Shown piece after piece: positions 27,817 to 41,975 of a stretch of DNA of 64,000 nt. Every line of letters begins with the position of its first letter. Within the stretch, counting starts at the first letter, position 1. The translations under genes and the position numbers were made by a program. Under the pieces are notes generated by a model, which did no database searches, had not been told where the DNA came from, and saw only the letters and a program-made list of their open reading frames with translations. The stretch is from the human T2T-CHM13v2.0 reference genome, Homo sapiens, in assembly GCF_009914755.1 (NCBI RefSeq), contig NC_060931.1; one strand, 5' to 3'.

Positions 27817-27937
27817 CTCTATTAATCAGGTTTCTTCTAGCCTCTGCAACCTACTTCAGTTAGAATTGTCTAATACTGCTCTATTAATCAGGTTTCTAGC
27901 CTCTACAACCTACTTCAGTTAAAATTGTCTAATACAG
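27817..27937 (+). repeat. Two-copy ~60-bp tandem duplication in the 3' UTR
   Basis: ctctattaatcaggtttc(ttc)tagcctct(g/a)caacctacttcagtta(g/a)aattgtctaatac, starting at 27817 and 27879. Confidence 0.95.
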
Positions 27938-28689
27938 CAATATTTAAAAAAAAACACTGCAATTGTCAAGGATGGAAAATGTGTGATTTGTGTAAACAAT
28001 TTTTACCAACTTTACATTTTCCTACAGATAAATGTGAAATTTTGATAAGAAGTCTACGCAATGACAAGTATGGTACATAAATTTTATTAAGAATATTGAG
28101 TATAAAGTACTTTAATTCTAAATTATAAGAAAATATACATTTGCACTTATTAATATAGAAATTCATTTTGTGTATATTTAACATAGCTTTTAAACTATTT
28201 TACATTAGCTACTTCATTATGGTTTCTTGAACTTCTGAAAAAAATTAGAAATGTATTAAACTTATCAGTAACATAAAAACTTATTTTGTTTCACCTAACG
28301 AATACTGCGTTTGTAAAAATAAATTTAATATAGAATATATTTTTAAATTAAATATTTGAATATAAAATAGCTCTAAGAAAGAAGCAAATTATCACTGAAC
28401 ATATTTCTTATTATTTCTGGCTTTGAATTATACGTAACTTAAATTGTCTTAAATGATACAGAATATTGGAGAATATGATACTTTCACATAATATACTATG
28501 AACCTGTTCATATAACTCTGATTGACTACTAACTTCTGTTTTATGTATTTATTAAAGAGCTGACACTGTAGTTTGTGGTGAGATGTTTATTTTTCTAACA
28601 GAGCTTATAACAGTTAGGACAAGGCATTTAATTAATGCATCATTCTGTTTAGTAGTAGGTGTTAATCAATATGAAATTCTCTGTTTTAA

Positions 28690-28695
28690 AATAAA
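28690..28695 (+). terminator. Distal polyadenylation signal of ITGB8
   Basis: AATAAA, with tatttactttgtgttac about 35-50 nt downstream; transposon-rich DNA begins shortly after. Confidence 0.7.
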
Positions 28696-29166
28696 AATGT
28701 AAAAATCTAAGAATATGCAAAACGCTTCCTTATTTACTTTGTGTTACATTAATCTCAAAGCTTCCAGACAACAGTACTTTGTCCCCCAAGGAAATGTAAT
28801 AGCATCTATACACTGTCATTAGCAGAGGACATTACATAATTCCAAAAAGATACTACTCCTAGAAAATTGTAGGGCCAATGATAAACAGGGGAGGCCATCC
28901 TAGTTGTTCTTTTCCTTTTTGATAGTTATTTGCAGTAGAAACAGAAGAAATATTCTAATGACAAAAACCTGAAAAAAATAGCTAAAAGTTAAAACAGGCA
29001 TTTTCCATGTGCCAGAGACTTCTACCACCACCTTAGGTGTGACACATTCATAACCTTCAATTGCACATTCTCAAGAGTCAGGCTTAAATTAATTGAATTT
29101 TATTGAATACCCATGTATTGTGATTTTTCTTACCCTAGAGAAGAGAATAAAGCAGAATGTGGTAGA

Positions 29167-29653
29167 TACTGAGATCAGCTCAGTCGTGGAGACCCTAACC
29201 CAGCGGCGCCAGAGGAATTAAAGACACTCACACAGAAATACAGAGTGTGGAGTGGGAAATCGGGTCTCACAGCCTTCAGAGCTGAGAGCCCCAAACAGAG
29301 ATTTACCCACTTATTTATTGACAGCAAGCCAGTCATAAGATTTACTAAAAGCATTCCTTACGGGAAATAAAGGGATGGGCAGAAATAAAGGGATGGGTCT
29401 GGCTAGTTATCTGTAGCATGAACATGTCCTTAAGGCACAGATCGCTCATGCTATTGTTTGCAGTTTAAGAACGCGTTTAAGCAGTTTTCCACCCTGGGTG
29501 GGCCAGGTGTTCCTTGCCCTCATTCTGGTAAACTGACAACCTTCCAGCATGGGCATCAAGGCCATCAAGAGCATGTCACAGTGCTGCAGAAATTTTGTTT
29601 ATGGCCAGTTTTGGGGCCAGTTTATGGCCAGATTTTGGGGCCTGCTCCCAACA
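29167..29653 (-). mobile_element. MER9 solo LTR (HERV-K HML-3)
   Basis: Reverse strand begins TGTTGGGAGCAGGCCCCAAAATCTGGCCATAAACTGGCCCCAAAACTGGCCATAAAC; 6-bp TSD ggtaga/gataga. Confidence 0.9.
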
Positions 29654-29750
29654 GATAGATATATTAAAAATGAAATAAGACATTTAGACAGATTAGCTGT
29701 TCTTAAGGAGCTTTTAATAGTTTGAAGGAAAAGATAAAGTGTAATGCACC

Positions 29751-30089
29751 TGGTATGGTTTGGCTGTGTCTCCACCCAAATCTCATCTTGAATTCCCATA
29801 TGTTGTGGGAGGGACCCGTGGAAGGTAATTGAATCATGGGGGCAGATCTTTCCAGTGCTATTCTTGTGATAGTGAATAAGTCTCATGAAATTTGAAGGTT
29901 TGAAAAAGAGGAGTTTCCCTGCACAAACTCTTTTCTTGTCTGCCACCACGTGAAGTGTGTCTTTCACCTTCTGCTATGATTGTGAGGTCTCCCCAGTTAT
30001 GTGGAACTTGTAAATCCAATAAACCTCTTTATTTTTGTAAATTGCCCAGTCTTGGATATGGGTGTATCAGCAGTGTGAAAACTAATACA
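29751..30089 (+). mobile_element. THE1A/B solo LTR (MaLR)
   Basis: tggtatggtttggctgtgtc...cccaaatctcatcttgaattccca...actaataca. Confidence 0.9.
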
Positions 30090-30619
30090 GTACTTTTCGA
30101 TAGAAGGTCTGTGCTAAAGAGACCAGGTGGACACTTACTGGCAGGTTTCACAAGGCCTTTAGTTTTGAGAACTCATCTCAATTGTGTTTGACTGCAGTCT
30201 TTCAAGTTTAGAATCCTGATTTTTTTATTGAGTGTTATTTGACCCATTTCTTCCTTTCTTCTTTAGTAATAGAACCTAACTCCTGAGTTGCAGCAGAGCA
30301 CACAGTTGAGACCCCCAGACTCCTTTGTAGCTGAATGCAGCTACAGAACTTAATGTTGGCCAGTGGGATGGAGGAGGAAGTGATATGTGCAGCCCTGGGG
30401 CTCACTTCCTCTTCCTTTCTGTTGTCTGGAACAACTGGAGCTGCAGTCCTGGCAAAGGAAGCCTTGTGCTAAAATTCTTAGAGCTTCCCCTTTACCCATT
30501 GACTGTTCACCGCAAGACATCTCTGGTAGGAAAACAATCTTACCTAAACCATTGCATTTGATATTATAGCAGATAATCTCTACTGTAACCAATGAAGTTG
30601 TCTTTATATAATTGTCTCA

Positions 30620-30770
30620 CTGAATCCTCAGGAGCAAAAAGTACCATTTTCCTTAATTTTTCAAATAGGGAAAATAAGTCACAGAAAGGTTAAGGATCTT
30701 GTATGAAAGCATGCAGCCAGTAAGTGGCTGCACTTACTGCAGGATTCATACCCAGATCTGCTTTACTTTC
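30620..30770 (-). mobile_element. MIR SINE
   Basis: aaaggttaaggatcttg...gccagtaagtggctg...cccagatctg. Confidence 0.6.
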
Positions 30771-32146
30771 CATAAGTAACTTATCTATTGTGAGCACAGA
30801 TTTTACTAGCTCAACAATCAGAAGTTAACCTTTGTCCCCACACCCCATAAAACATATGCAACAAATAAAGCTGAGGAGCTGATATATGTGTACAAATACT
30901 ACACAGGGAAACAACATCCTTTAAGATGACAAAATTAAAAAAACCTTTAAGATGGTGAAAGGTACTCGGATTCCAGAGTTAGGAGAGCCAGGAGAATAAG
31001 AGAAAGCCCATGGAAGACAGCATTTGGCCTCGCCTTGCAAGAAAGGTGAGTATGCACATGAAGAAAGGGGAGGTAACCTGGGAGATTTTACAAATGATAA
31101 AGTATAACCAAACGCAGGAAAGAGTGTGGACTCCATCCAAGAACATTGAAATTGTATTGAGATACAGCATTAGATAACAAAAGGCAGTAACCTACAGGTC
31201 CTAAGTTATGGAGAGCTTGATTCCCAGGCTAAGAATTTTGAGCTTTGGTTACTGGGGAAGAGCAAACTGTAAAGGTTTTGCACAGAAAAGTGGTATTATT
31301 GGAGTTAAACTTGGTTGACATATAATTACATAAACTAAATATAATTTGAAGCATTAATTTTTATACTCAAATACTAAATCCAAATAGTAGTTAACACTAT
31401 TAAGTATTCAATGCTATTAAATGTTATCTAATACTAAATTTAAATACAATTTAATACTAGTGTAAAATAATTTGAAGTAAAGTATTCGAAAGAAAAAATA
31501 TTGAAATCCAACCTCCTAGTGGCAATCACTTTTACATGTAGGCATATTTCCATTTTATTTTTCTATGCACTTTATAACTGCTATTATACGGATAATGCAT
31601 ATTTACTGTACAATGTATTTATATGCATTATACAGATATGCATATTTACCATAATATCTAGGTTAAAAATACCTAGAAATTAAAATTTAAAAAATATTAC
31701 TCTAATCCCACCACCCAGAGTTGGTCATTGCCATATATTTTTCAGGAAAAAAGTACATATATAATATATGTAACAATATATGTAATTACATATATATTAA
31801 ATACATATAAAACATATATATAACAAATGTATATATTAATATATTGGTGACTAAGAAATATACTATCTATAGTCCGGTATAAAGAGGTTTTTTTTCCAAA
31901 AACATATCAAACATTTATCTATGTTAAGATTTATAGCTGTTTTAATAGGTGAATATTGTCCCATAAATGTGCCACGATCATATTCACTGAGAGCCCTTAT
32001 ATTCGCTGAGAAAAGAATGAGCGGATATGATACAAAATATCAAACAATATTCAACAAGGAGGGACTAGTTAAATTATTTTTGACTGGGGGAGACTTGTAC
32101 ATTTGTAATGGAGAGGAGAAGGAGCCAGGTTAGAAAGAAATGTTTA

Positions 32147-32638
<492 letters not shown>

Positions 32639-33285
32639 CTACTGCTAAAAGGAAGATTTGAAAGAACTTGGGGACTGGCTAGATGTAGGTGATAAAGAAA
32701 GGAGTTAGTTGAAGCACCAACTCCAAAAGACACTACAGGCTTCTATCCAAACTGGATAAAACTCCCAATCTGGTCTCACAAATCACATTGGTCTTGCCAA
32801 TCCATGTCTTTTAGACTAAATTCTAACTTTATCAAAATATTGGACCAGACAAAGCTGGGAAATTTTAAACCATGTCAATGATCATGCTTTCAAATATTAT
32901 CAAAATAAACCTAACTGAAAGATAATATCACTTTCGATGTAATTATTTATATATGAACTTTTTCATCATAATTAGAAGCAGTTGTGGTCTGTACAAGAAA
33001 AACAAGTGATATCTTGTCTTTCAACGTGGTAATCCTTTAGCACTGATGTGGGCTGGTGCATTATTTCATACTCAGGGCCTAGTCACTCAGACTAGACTGG
33101 TGAGAGGGAAACTCCTGCTTTATTGGGCTTTGGCATGCTCTTGCTGTTTTACTTTGTCATGATTACGAAATTCATTCTACCATCATTAAAGTCAAGAGAG
33201 ATAATTATTCACTTAAAAAATCTTAATTTACCATTAACATTTTTCCCATTAAATACAAGATAATCTATAAATTCACAGTTTCAAA

Positions 33286-33502
33286 GGGTAGTTCCCAGTC
33301 CAAGAGCATCACCATCACCTAGAAGTTTGTAGAAACGCAGATTTTTTGGTCTCCATCAAGACCTTCTGAATCAGAAACTCTGGGACTGTGGCCCAGCGAT
33401 GTTCTTCCCCCCTCCCAACCCGGAAGCTTATTAGAAACCAGCAGTGTGTTTTAACATGCTCTTTAAGTGACCCTAATGCCCACTGATGCCTGAGAACCAC
33501 TT
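33286..33502 (+). mobile_element. MER5A DNA transposon
   Basis: catcacctagaag...gaatcagaaactctggg...tgagaaccact. Confidence 0.8.
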
Positions 33503-33597
33503 GCAAAGAGTGAAAACTAACATCAGATGACCAAAAAGGTACAGATTATGCTGACCCCAGACAAAACTTTATCTGATCTTGAGGGGAAGAAAATGTT

Positions 33598-33822
33598 CTA
33601 GGAAACATAGCGAGACTGTCTCTTACAAAAAAAAAAAAAAAAAAAAATTCTTTTAATTAGCCAGGCCTAGTGTGAAATGCCTGTAATCCCAGCCACTTGG
33701 GAGGCTAAGGCAGGAGGATCACTTGAGCCTAGGGGATCAAAGCTTCAGTGGGCTATGATCACTCTGCTGTACTTCAGCCTGACTGACACAGTGAGATTCT
33801 GTCTCAGGAAAAAAAAAAAAAT
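33598..33822 (+). mobile_element. 5'-truncated AluJ
   Basis: ggaggatcacttgagcctagg and gctatgatc (AluJ-type), poly(A), then (TA)n. Confidence 0.85.
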
Positions 33823-35694
33823 GTATATATATATAAATATATACATTTATACACACATATATATATATTTCTACAAGCACGCATCCAAATTGTCTCTATT
33901 TCACTAATTTTGCTCTTATTCTGGTAGTAAGTCTGCTTTAATGAGGGCTTGGAAAAGGGAAAATGACCCTCTGAGTGCCAATGACTAGCAAAAGGGAAAC
34001 AAAACATAGAGACATACGTGTAAGGGTCAGTCGGACCCAAAGAATAAGTGAAACATCAGGGGAAAAAAATATATGTGTCTCATTATTGGAAAAATAAAGC
34101 CAGGACAAAAGATGAGAGATCATCAGTCAATAATTGTGGGGAGGAGTCAGAGGGGACTTGGATTAATGGAAAGTCTAAATCTAGAAAGTTTAATTTTGTC
34201 TAACATAATTTTCCATGATACTCCAACTAGACGATAAGTATCTAGGCACCTATTACGTTAGGCTTCTGTGAGCTATGATGTCTGTATCTGTTCCATTTTT
34301 CTAGTAACATACTAAATGGAAATAGGCCAAAGCATAATTTAGGATATAAATTGTTTTGATGAAGGGTTCCATCTTCTCTTACAAATGTTTACTATTTTAC
34401 CTACAGAGAGTAACTAGCTCTCATTTCAGACAGCAGTCCAGGTGGGCCTACTAGTAAGAGGGTGCTATAAAGTTAGCTCCAGGACCTCACCTCAAAGAAT
34501 GTGACTGAGAAAAGATTTACAGACTATGATCACAGTGCTCTTCTAAGAACTGTTCATTAAATAAGCCACAGATATTAAGCAGTAGGTGTTTTCTGTTCTT
34601 CCTGAAGATTATTAGGTTTTACCAGGGATAATAGAATAATACTCGCTGGAAATTAAAATTCCTCCTTTGTTTATTTATTTCAATACCATATTCATTTGTT
34701 AACTTGCTTGGTCTCTGTTTAGAATACTAGTTAGCAAGGAATAAATATTTTGTTTACAGTTTCCCAAAACGTTTTCTTTTTTCAAGAAAACACAATTTCT
34801 TATGTATTTTTGGTGGGGCATTTAACAGGCCTGAGAAAGCTTACCAGGGTAGAAATTTGTCATGAAAATTTACTTTTAATCCCTGCCAGATCCAGTGATC
34901 AGGTGGGCTCCAAGGGCATGGGATGCTAGAATGGGCCTCCACCTACATCACTTTCAACTGGGGCACCTACTAATTGTTATGCTAAGATATCAAGGTGAGG
35001 TGTGCCCTCCCTCCCACAGTTTCAGATTTTCAAAGGAAATGGTACTGAGAACCTGCTATAGAACTCTGGACCCCTCAAGCCATGGAGGATATAAAGAGGG
35101 AAGAGATAGGAGGAGAGGAAGATCGTTTAAACATTTTTTGAGTCCTCTCTGCTGTGAGCCTCCACTCCACTTCTCTTTGGGGACAGTCTGAAGATGTTCC
35201 ACCTAACCTTCTGCTTGGTGGGGCTTCAAGGGAACCATGAGGAGCTTTGAAACGTGTTCCTTACTTTTAAGAGACAGAGAAGTCTGATGCTTGGCTTGTG
35301 CCAGAAAGTCTTCATCGTAGATTATTGCTAATAACACATAAGACTGTGGCCTGGGTCCTATCTCCTCCCAGGAAAACTAAAGGGAATAAATGTCTAGTAC
35401 TAGTTTTGGTATGTCCATTCTAACTCTAATTAAGTGTCTATTCTCACTCCACAGGTTAGAGTTTAATTTGAAACAGAATATATAAGTACCATTTTCTTTC
35501 CTTTCAAATAGCAAATCAATAATATCAGACTCTTTTCAGGAATGATTTTGGATATAACTAACAACTCCCTCTCCCCCGACCAAAGAATCTGAAAAGAACC
35601 AAAAATGTTTATAAAATATTTTCAATTAAGCTGTTTAACATGTTTTCTTAAAGTAAGAATTTATATTTTGATACATTTGAAATTTATGAGATTA

Positions 35695-36060
<366 letters not shown>

Positions 36061-36092
36061 TTACCTTAATCTACAGATTAAATTTTCAAATA

Positions 36093-36414
36093 CAATTTTC
36101 TCTTGGTATCTGTGGGAGATTGGTACCAGGACCCCTGAGGAAACCAAAATACAAGGATGCTAAGGCCCCTTATATAAAATGGTGTAGTATTTGCATATAA
36201 CCTATGCACATCCTCCTGTATACTGTAAATCATCTCTAGATTATTTATAATGCCTTAGACACTGTAATGCTATGTACATATTTATTATACTGTATTGCTT
36301 TTTATTTGTGCTTTTTTGTTGTATTGTTATTTTTAATTGTTTGTAAAAAATATTTTCAATCTGCCATTGGTTGGAGCTGCTGATGTGGAACAGCAGGATC
36401 TGGAAGGCCAACTG
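36093..36414 (+). mobile_element. MER2 (TcMar-Tigger)
   Basis: ccttatataaaatggtgtagtatttgcatataacctatgcacatcctcc; TA dinucleotides flank both ends. Confidence 0.88.
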
Positions 36415-37037
36415 TATTGTTTACTTCTCACTTAGCAATTTCCTAGGATTCCTTTTGTTTGATTAAGAACTTCTATTTTTAAAAAAATAGAAATACAGAA
36501 TGTTTTCCAGTGTTTAAAACAATCACCATGTTTTCCTTTTGACCTTAATAAATTGTAAAAAAGATCAATTGCTAAGTTTTGAAGTTTCATTTCCTTGTCC
36601 TTTGATGACATTAACTCTATTTGGGAACAAGGATTATGTAAAACTCATTGAGTCAAAATTGAATGACTAGAATACCAGCTATATATGCCATCTTTTCAAT
36701 TTTTCTTATTAATAATGGAAGAATATGCAATTTAAGGTTCTTCCTAGATTCTCAGTCATTTAGTAAGAATAAGCATACATATTATATCTATTCTGGTAAT
36801 GGGGAGATAATGGTCTAATTAGTCAGCAATCACTTGAAAAAAAAAGGGCAGAATAAAAGAAGAAATGCACACACTTCCAAAGAATTGAAGAGACAGTAAA
36901 TGCGGTCTTAAATATGTTGATGGGTGAATGTGTCAATGAGTTTCACAATCGGTGTGGGTGGTTCAAGAATAAGGAAGAGGCAAATGGAGAAAAATGTTAC
37001 AGGAGGGAAACTCTCCATCACTTATCTTCCATCCTTA

Positions 37038-37068
<31 letters not shown>

Positions 37069-37070
37069 AA
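37038..37070. repeat. (CA)n microsatellite
   Basis: Visible CA run. Confidence 0.95.
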
Positions 37071-37296
37071 CACATTGTATGAGATATCATATCAGTGATG
37101 ACATAGCTGCCCAGGACCACTTTTGAAATTTTTTTCATTATATTGAATTCACATACCATATAACACACCAATCTTAAGTTTACAGCTTGAGGAGTTTTGA
37201 CAAATGTATACATCCACATAACCCCACCACTATATCTTAACATATCTGTCAATATAGAAGGCTGTTTATGCCCCTTCCAGTCAACCAATTCCATCC

Positions 37297-37785
37297 TGTG
37301 ATGCTTAATTTTATGTGTCAACTTGACTGGGCCACAGCACCCAGATATGTGTGTGGTCAAGCATTATTTTGGATGTTTTAGTGAGGGTGTTTTTTGGATG
37401 AAATTTACGTTTGAATTGTGGACTTTGAGTAAATCAGAGTGCCCTCCATGCTGTGAGTAGGCCTCATCTAATAAGTTGAAGGCCTGAGGAGAACAAAAAG
37501 CTGAGCTTGCAGAGCAACAGGGAATTTTCCAGCGACTACCTTTGGACTTCATTTGCCTCGGCTGTTCTTATTTCGCCAGCAGACTGCCTTTGGACTCAAA
37601 CTGCAACTCTCCTGGGTTTCCGCCTGTCAGCTGCCTCCATCAAAATTTGGACTTGCCAAGACTCGAGAATCACATAGCTAATTCCCTAAAATAGATCTCT
37701 TTCTCTGGAAATACACATCTTGTTTGTTCTGTTTCTCTGAAAATACACATTTGTTTGTTCTGTTTCTCTGAAGAACCGTAACATA
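37297..37785 (+). mobile_element. MLT2 LTR (ERVL)
   Basis: tgtgatgcttaattttatgtgtcaacttgactgggccac...ttctgtttctctgaagaacc; internal ~32-bp duplication at about 37702-37770. Confidence 0.85.
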
Positions 37786-37951
37786 CCTCCCTTTCCATGA
37801 TATCACTGATTTCTCTTAAACAGCCAACAGCTTTCTTACTTTAATTCCCCTTAGAAAAAAATAGCCTTTTTCTTAATATTGACCCAAACCTAATCTTTTC
37901 ATAGAAACATTAAAATATGGAAGCTAGCATAATATTTAAATTACATTTCCT

Positions 37952-38249
<298 letters not shown>

Positions 38250-38957
38250 TTACATTTCCTTTTTTGAAGTCAGATTTACTGTAGTATAATTTACTCTATA
38301 GAAAAATTCACTTTTTAGGAGTATATTTAGATAGATATTGACAAATGTGCCTATATAGTTGTGAAACCACTACCACAATCAAGATACAGAATATTTCCAT
38401 CAATATTCCAATACCCCTTTGTAATCAATCCTCTTTCCCTACTCTCAGCTCCTGGCAACCCTTGATCTGATTTCTCTCCCTATAGTTTCTCTATTCCAGA
38501 ATGTCACATAAATGGAATTATCTCATATGTATTCTTTTGTGTATGGCTTCTTTCATTTTTCATAATGCTATTGACTCAACCATGTTTGCATGTACAAGTA
38601 GTTATTTTTGTTGCTGAGTTGTAAGATTCCACTGTATCAATGTGCTGCAATTTGATTATCCACTCACTGGTTGGTGACTATTTGCAGTTTTCCAATATTT
38701 GGTGATGATGAGTAAAGGCTCCGTAAGCATTCTCAGATAGCTCTTTGTACAGACATGTGTTTATATTTCTGTCATTTAAATACCTAGGAGTAGGATTATT
38801 AGGTTGAATGGTAAGTGTATGGTAACTTTATCAGAAACCACCAAATTGTTCCGTAAAGTGCCTGTGCCATTTCATGTTCCCAGCTGTAATGTATGAGTGT
38901 TCTAGTTGCTCAGCATCCTTGATAGGCATTTGTAGAGTCAGGTTTTAAACAGCCATC

Positions 38958-39331
38958 TGATATGGTTTGATTGTGTCCCCACCCAAATCTTATCTTGAAT
39001 TGTAATTCCCATAATCTCCATGTGTCATAGGAAGGACCACATGGGGGGTAATTGAATCATAGGGGTGCTTACCCCCATGCTGCTGTTCTCCTGATAGTAA
39101 GTTCTCATGAGACCTGATGGTTTTATAAGGGGATTTTCCCCGTTTTGCTCGGCACTTCTCCTTCCTGCCATCATGTGAAGAAGGATGTGTTTGCTTCCCC
39201 TTCTTCCATGACTATAAGTTTCCTGAGGCCTCCCCAGCCATGCAGAACTGCGAGTCAATTAAACCTCTTTCCTTTATATATTACCCAGTCTTGGGCAGTC
39301 CTTTACAGCAGCATGAGAATGGACTAGTACA
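38958..39331 (+). mobile_element. THE1D-like solo LTR
   Basis: tgatatggttt...ggactagtaca with a perfect 5-bp TSD ccatc. Confidence 0.92.
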
Positions 39332-39431
39332 CCATCCTAGTAGGTGCGTACTACTGAATCTTTGTGGTTTTAATTTGTGCTTCCCTAATGACTAAAGGTG
39401 CTGAGCTTCTTTTACGTGCTTTTTTGTTATC

Positions 39432-39949
39432 TGCAGCAGCCAGCCTCCAAAATGAACCCTCAAATGATCCCTAGATACTGATATTCACAGTCCTATGTAG
39501 TTTTTTCCTAAATTTAGTAGGCTGTGTAACAAACAGAATATGCAGGAATGATGGTGTGTCACTTCTGAGGTCAGTCATAAAAGCCATTGGTGCTTCCTCC
39601 TTGATCTCTCTTGGCTCACCCACCTTGTTGGAAGCCAGCTGCCATGTTTTGAGGATGTTCAAAAACTCTATAGAGAGATCCATGTGACAAAGCACACAGG
39701 CCACCTGACAATAGCCAGCACCCAGCTGCAAGTGAGCCATTTTGAAAGCAGATCCTCAAGCCCCAGTTAAGGTACAAATGACTTCCTGCCCTGGCCAACA
39801 TGTTGACTACAACGTCAATGAAAATCAGAACAACCAGCAAAGCTGCTCCTCTTTTACTGAGCTGCAAAAACTGTGAGATAAAAAATGTTTATCATAATTT
39901 TATGACACCAAGCCTTGCAGTAAATTGTTATATAATAATAGATAACACA
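39432..39949 (+). mobile_element. MLT1 (E/F-like) LTR
   Basis: gcctccaaaatgaaccctcaaatgatcc...aactgtgagataaaaaatgt...atagataacaca. Confidence 0.8.
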
Positions 39950-40689
39950 GCATTCATATCTTCTCTTTGGAAAAATATCTGTTCAAACCTTTAGTTTGAA
40001 TTTTAAATTTGGTTATTTGTTTTTTGTTACTTCAGATAAAAGAGTCATTTGTGTATTTTGGATTTAAGTCCTTCATAAGATAAGTTTTTATAAATATTTT
40101 CTCCCGGTTTTTGACATTTTAAAAAATTTTCTTAATCACATCTTTCTAGAGAAGTATCATATTTTGATGAAATCCAATTTGTCTATTTTTTCTTCCCTTG
40201 GCTCATGCTTTTGGTGTCATATTTAAGAAATCTTTGCAGAGTAAAAGGTCATCAGCTATTTTCCTACATTTTTCTCCAGAAGTTTTATAAATTTAGGTTT
40301 TACATTGAGACATGTGATCCATTTTGAGTTGTTTTTTAATATGGTTTGAGTTCCTTTTTCAAATGTGTAATTGTTCCAGCATCATTTCTTAGGAACAGTA
40401 TTCTTTCTTCGTGAAATAACTTTGATGCCTTTGCCAAAAATCAATTAACTACATGTGCATGTTTTTATATCTAGTCTCTCTTCTATTCCATTGTTCTATA
40501 TGTCTACCCTTCTACAAAAATTCATTGGCTTTATTACTCCAGTTTTATGGTAAATCTTGAAATCAGGTAATATGAATCATCTAACTTTGTTTTGCTTTTT
40601 CAAAATTTCTTTTGCTATTCTAGGTAATATGCTTTCCCATATACATTTTTAAATACTTTTTTTCAGTTTCTATTTTAAAAGCCTGCTGA

Positions 40690-41975
40690 GCCACACATCT
40701 ACAACCATCTGATCTTTGACAAGGTTGACAAGAACAAGCAATGGGGAAAGGACTCCCTATTCAATAAATGATGCTGGAATAACTGGCTAGTCATATGCAG
40801 AAGATTGAAACTGGACCTCTCCCTGACACAAAAATCAACTCAAGATAGATTAGACTTCAATGTATAAACTAAAACTATAAAAACTCTAGAAGGAAACCTA
40901 GGAAAAAGCAATTGCAACAAAAACTGACAAATAGGACCTAGTTAAACTGAAGAACTTCTGAACAGAAACAAATACACCCTCAAACTATCACCAGAGTAAA
41001 TAGACAACCTACAGAATGCGAGAAAATATTTGTAAACTATGCACCTGACAAAGGTCTAATATCCAAAATCTATAAGGAACTTAAATCAATAAGCAGAAAA
41101 CAAACAACCCCATTAAAATATGGGCAAAGGACATGAACAGACACTTCTTAAAAGAACGCATACACGTGGCCAACAAGCACATGAAAAAAATGCTCAACAT
41201 CACAAATCATTAGAGAAATGCAAATCAAAACCACAATGAAATACAGTGTCACACCAGTCAGGATGGCTTATAGATGACTAAATGTTTTTACTAAATGTCA
41301 AAAAATAATAGATGCTAGTGAGATTGTGGAGAAAAAGGAACCATTATACACTGCTGGTGGGACCGTAAATTAGTTCAGCCATTGTGGAAAACAGTTTGGA
41401 GATTTCTCAAAGAACTGAAAAAACTACTATTTTGATCCTCACCCTCCTCACAGCAATCCTATTCCTGGGTATATATACCCAAAGGAATATAAATCATTCT
41501 ACCATAATAACACAGGCACATATATGTTCATCGCAGCACTACTCACAATAACAAAGACATGGAATCAGCCTAGATGCCCATCAACAGTGGACTGGATAAA
41601 GAGAATGTGGTACATATACACCATGAAATACTATGCAGCCATAAAAAGAGAATGAAGTCCTGTCCTTTGCAGCAACATGGGTGCAGCTGAAGACCATTAT
41701 CCTAAGTAAATTAACACAGGAACAGAAAACCAAGTACCACGTGTTCTCACTTATATAAGTGGGAGCTAAACACTGAGTATATATGGATACAAAAAGAGGA
41801 ACAATAGACACCAGGGCCTACTTGAGAGTGGAGGGTGGGAGGAGGATGGGGATTTTAAAAACTACCTATTAGGTACTATGCTCATTACCTGAGTGACAAA
41901 ATTATTTGTATACCAAATTCCAGCAACACATAATTTGTCCACGTAACAAACCTGCACATGTACTCCCTGAACCTA
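40690..41975 (+). mobile_element. L1PA15/16-like 3' fragment
   Basis: atctacaaccatctgatctttgacaa...aacaaacctgcacatgtactccctgaacct; no poly(A) tail visible. Confidence 0.9.

Noticed and set aside
29364-29398. Direct repeat gaaataaagggatggg x2
   Set aside because: Inside the MER9 LTR and, as I recall, part of its consensus
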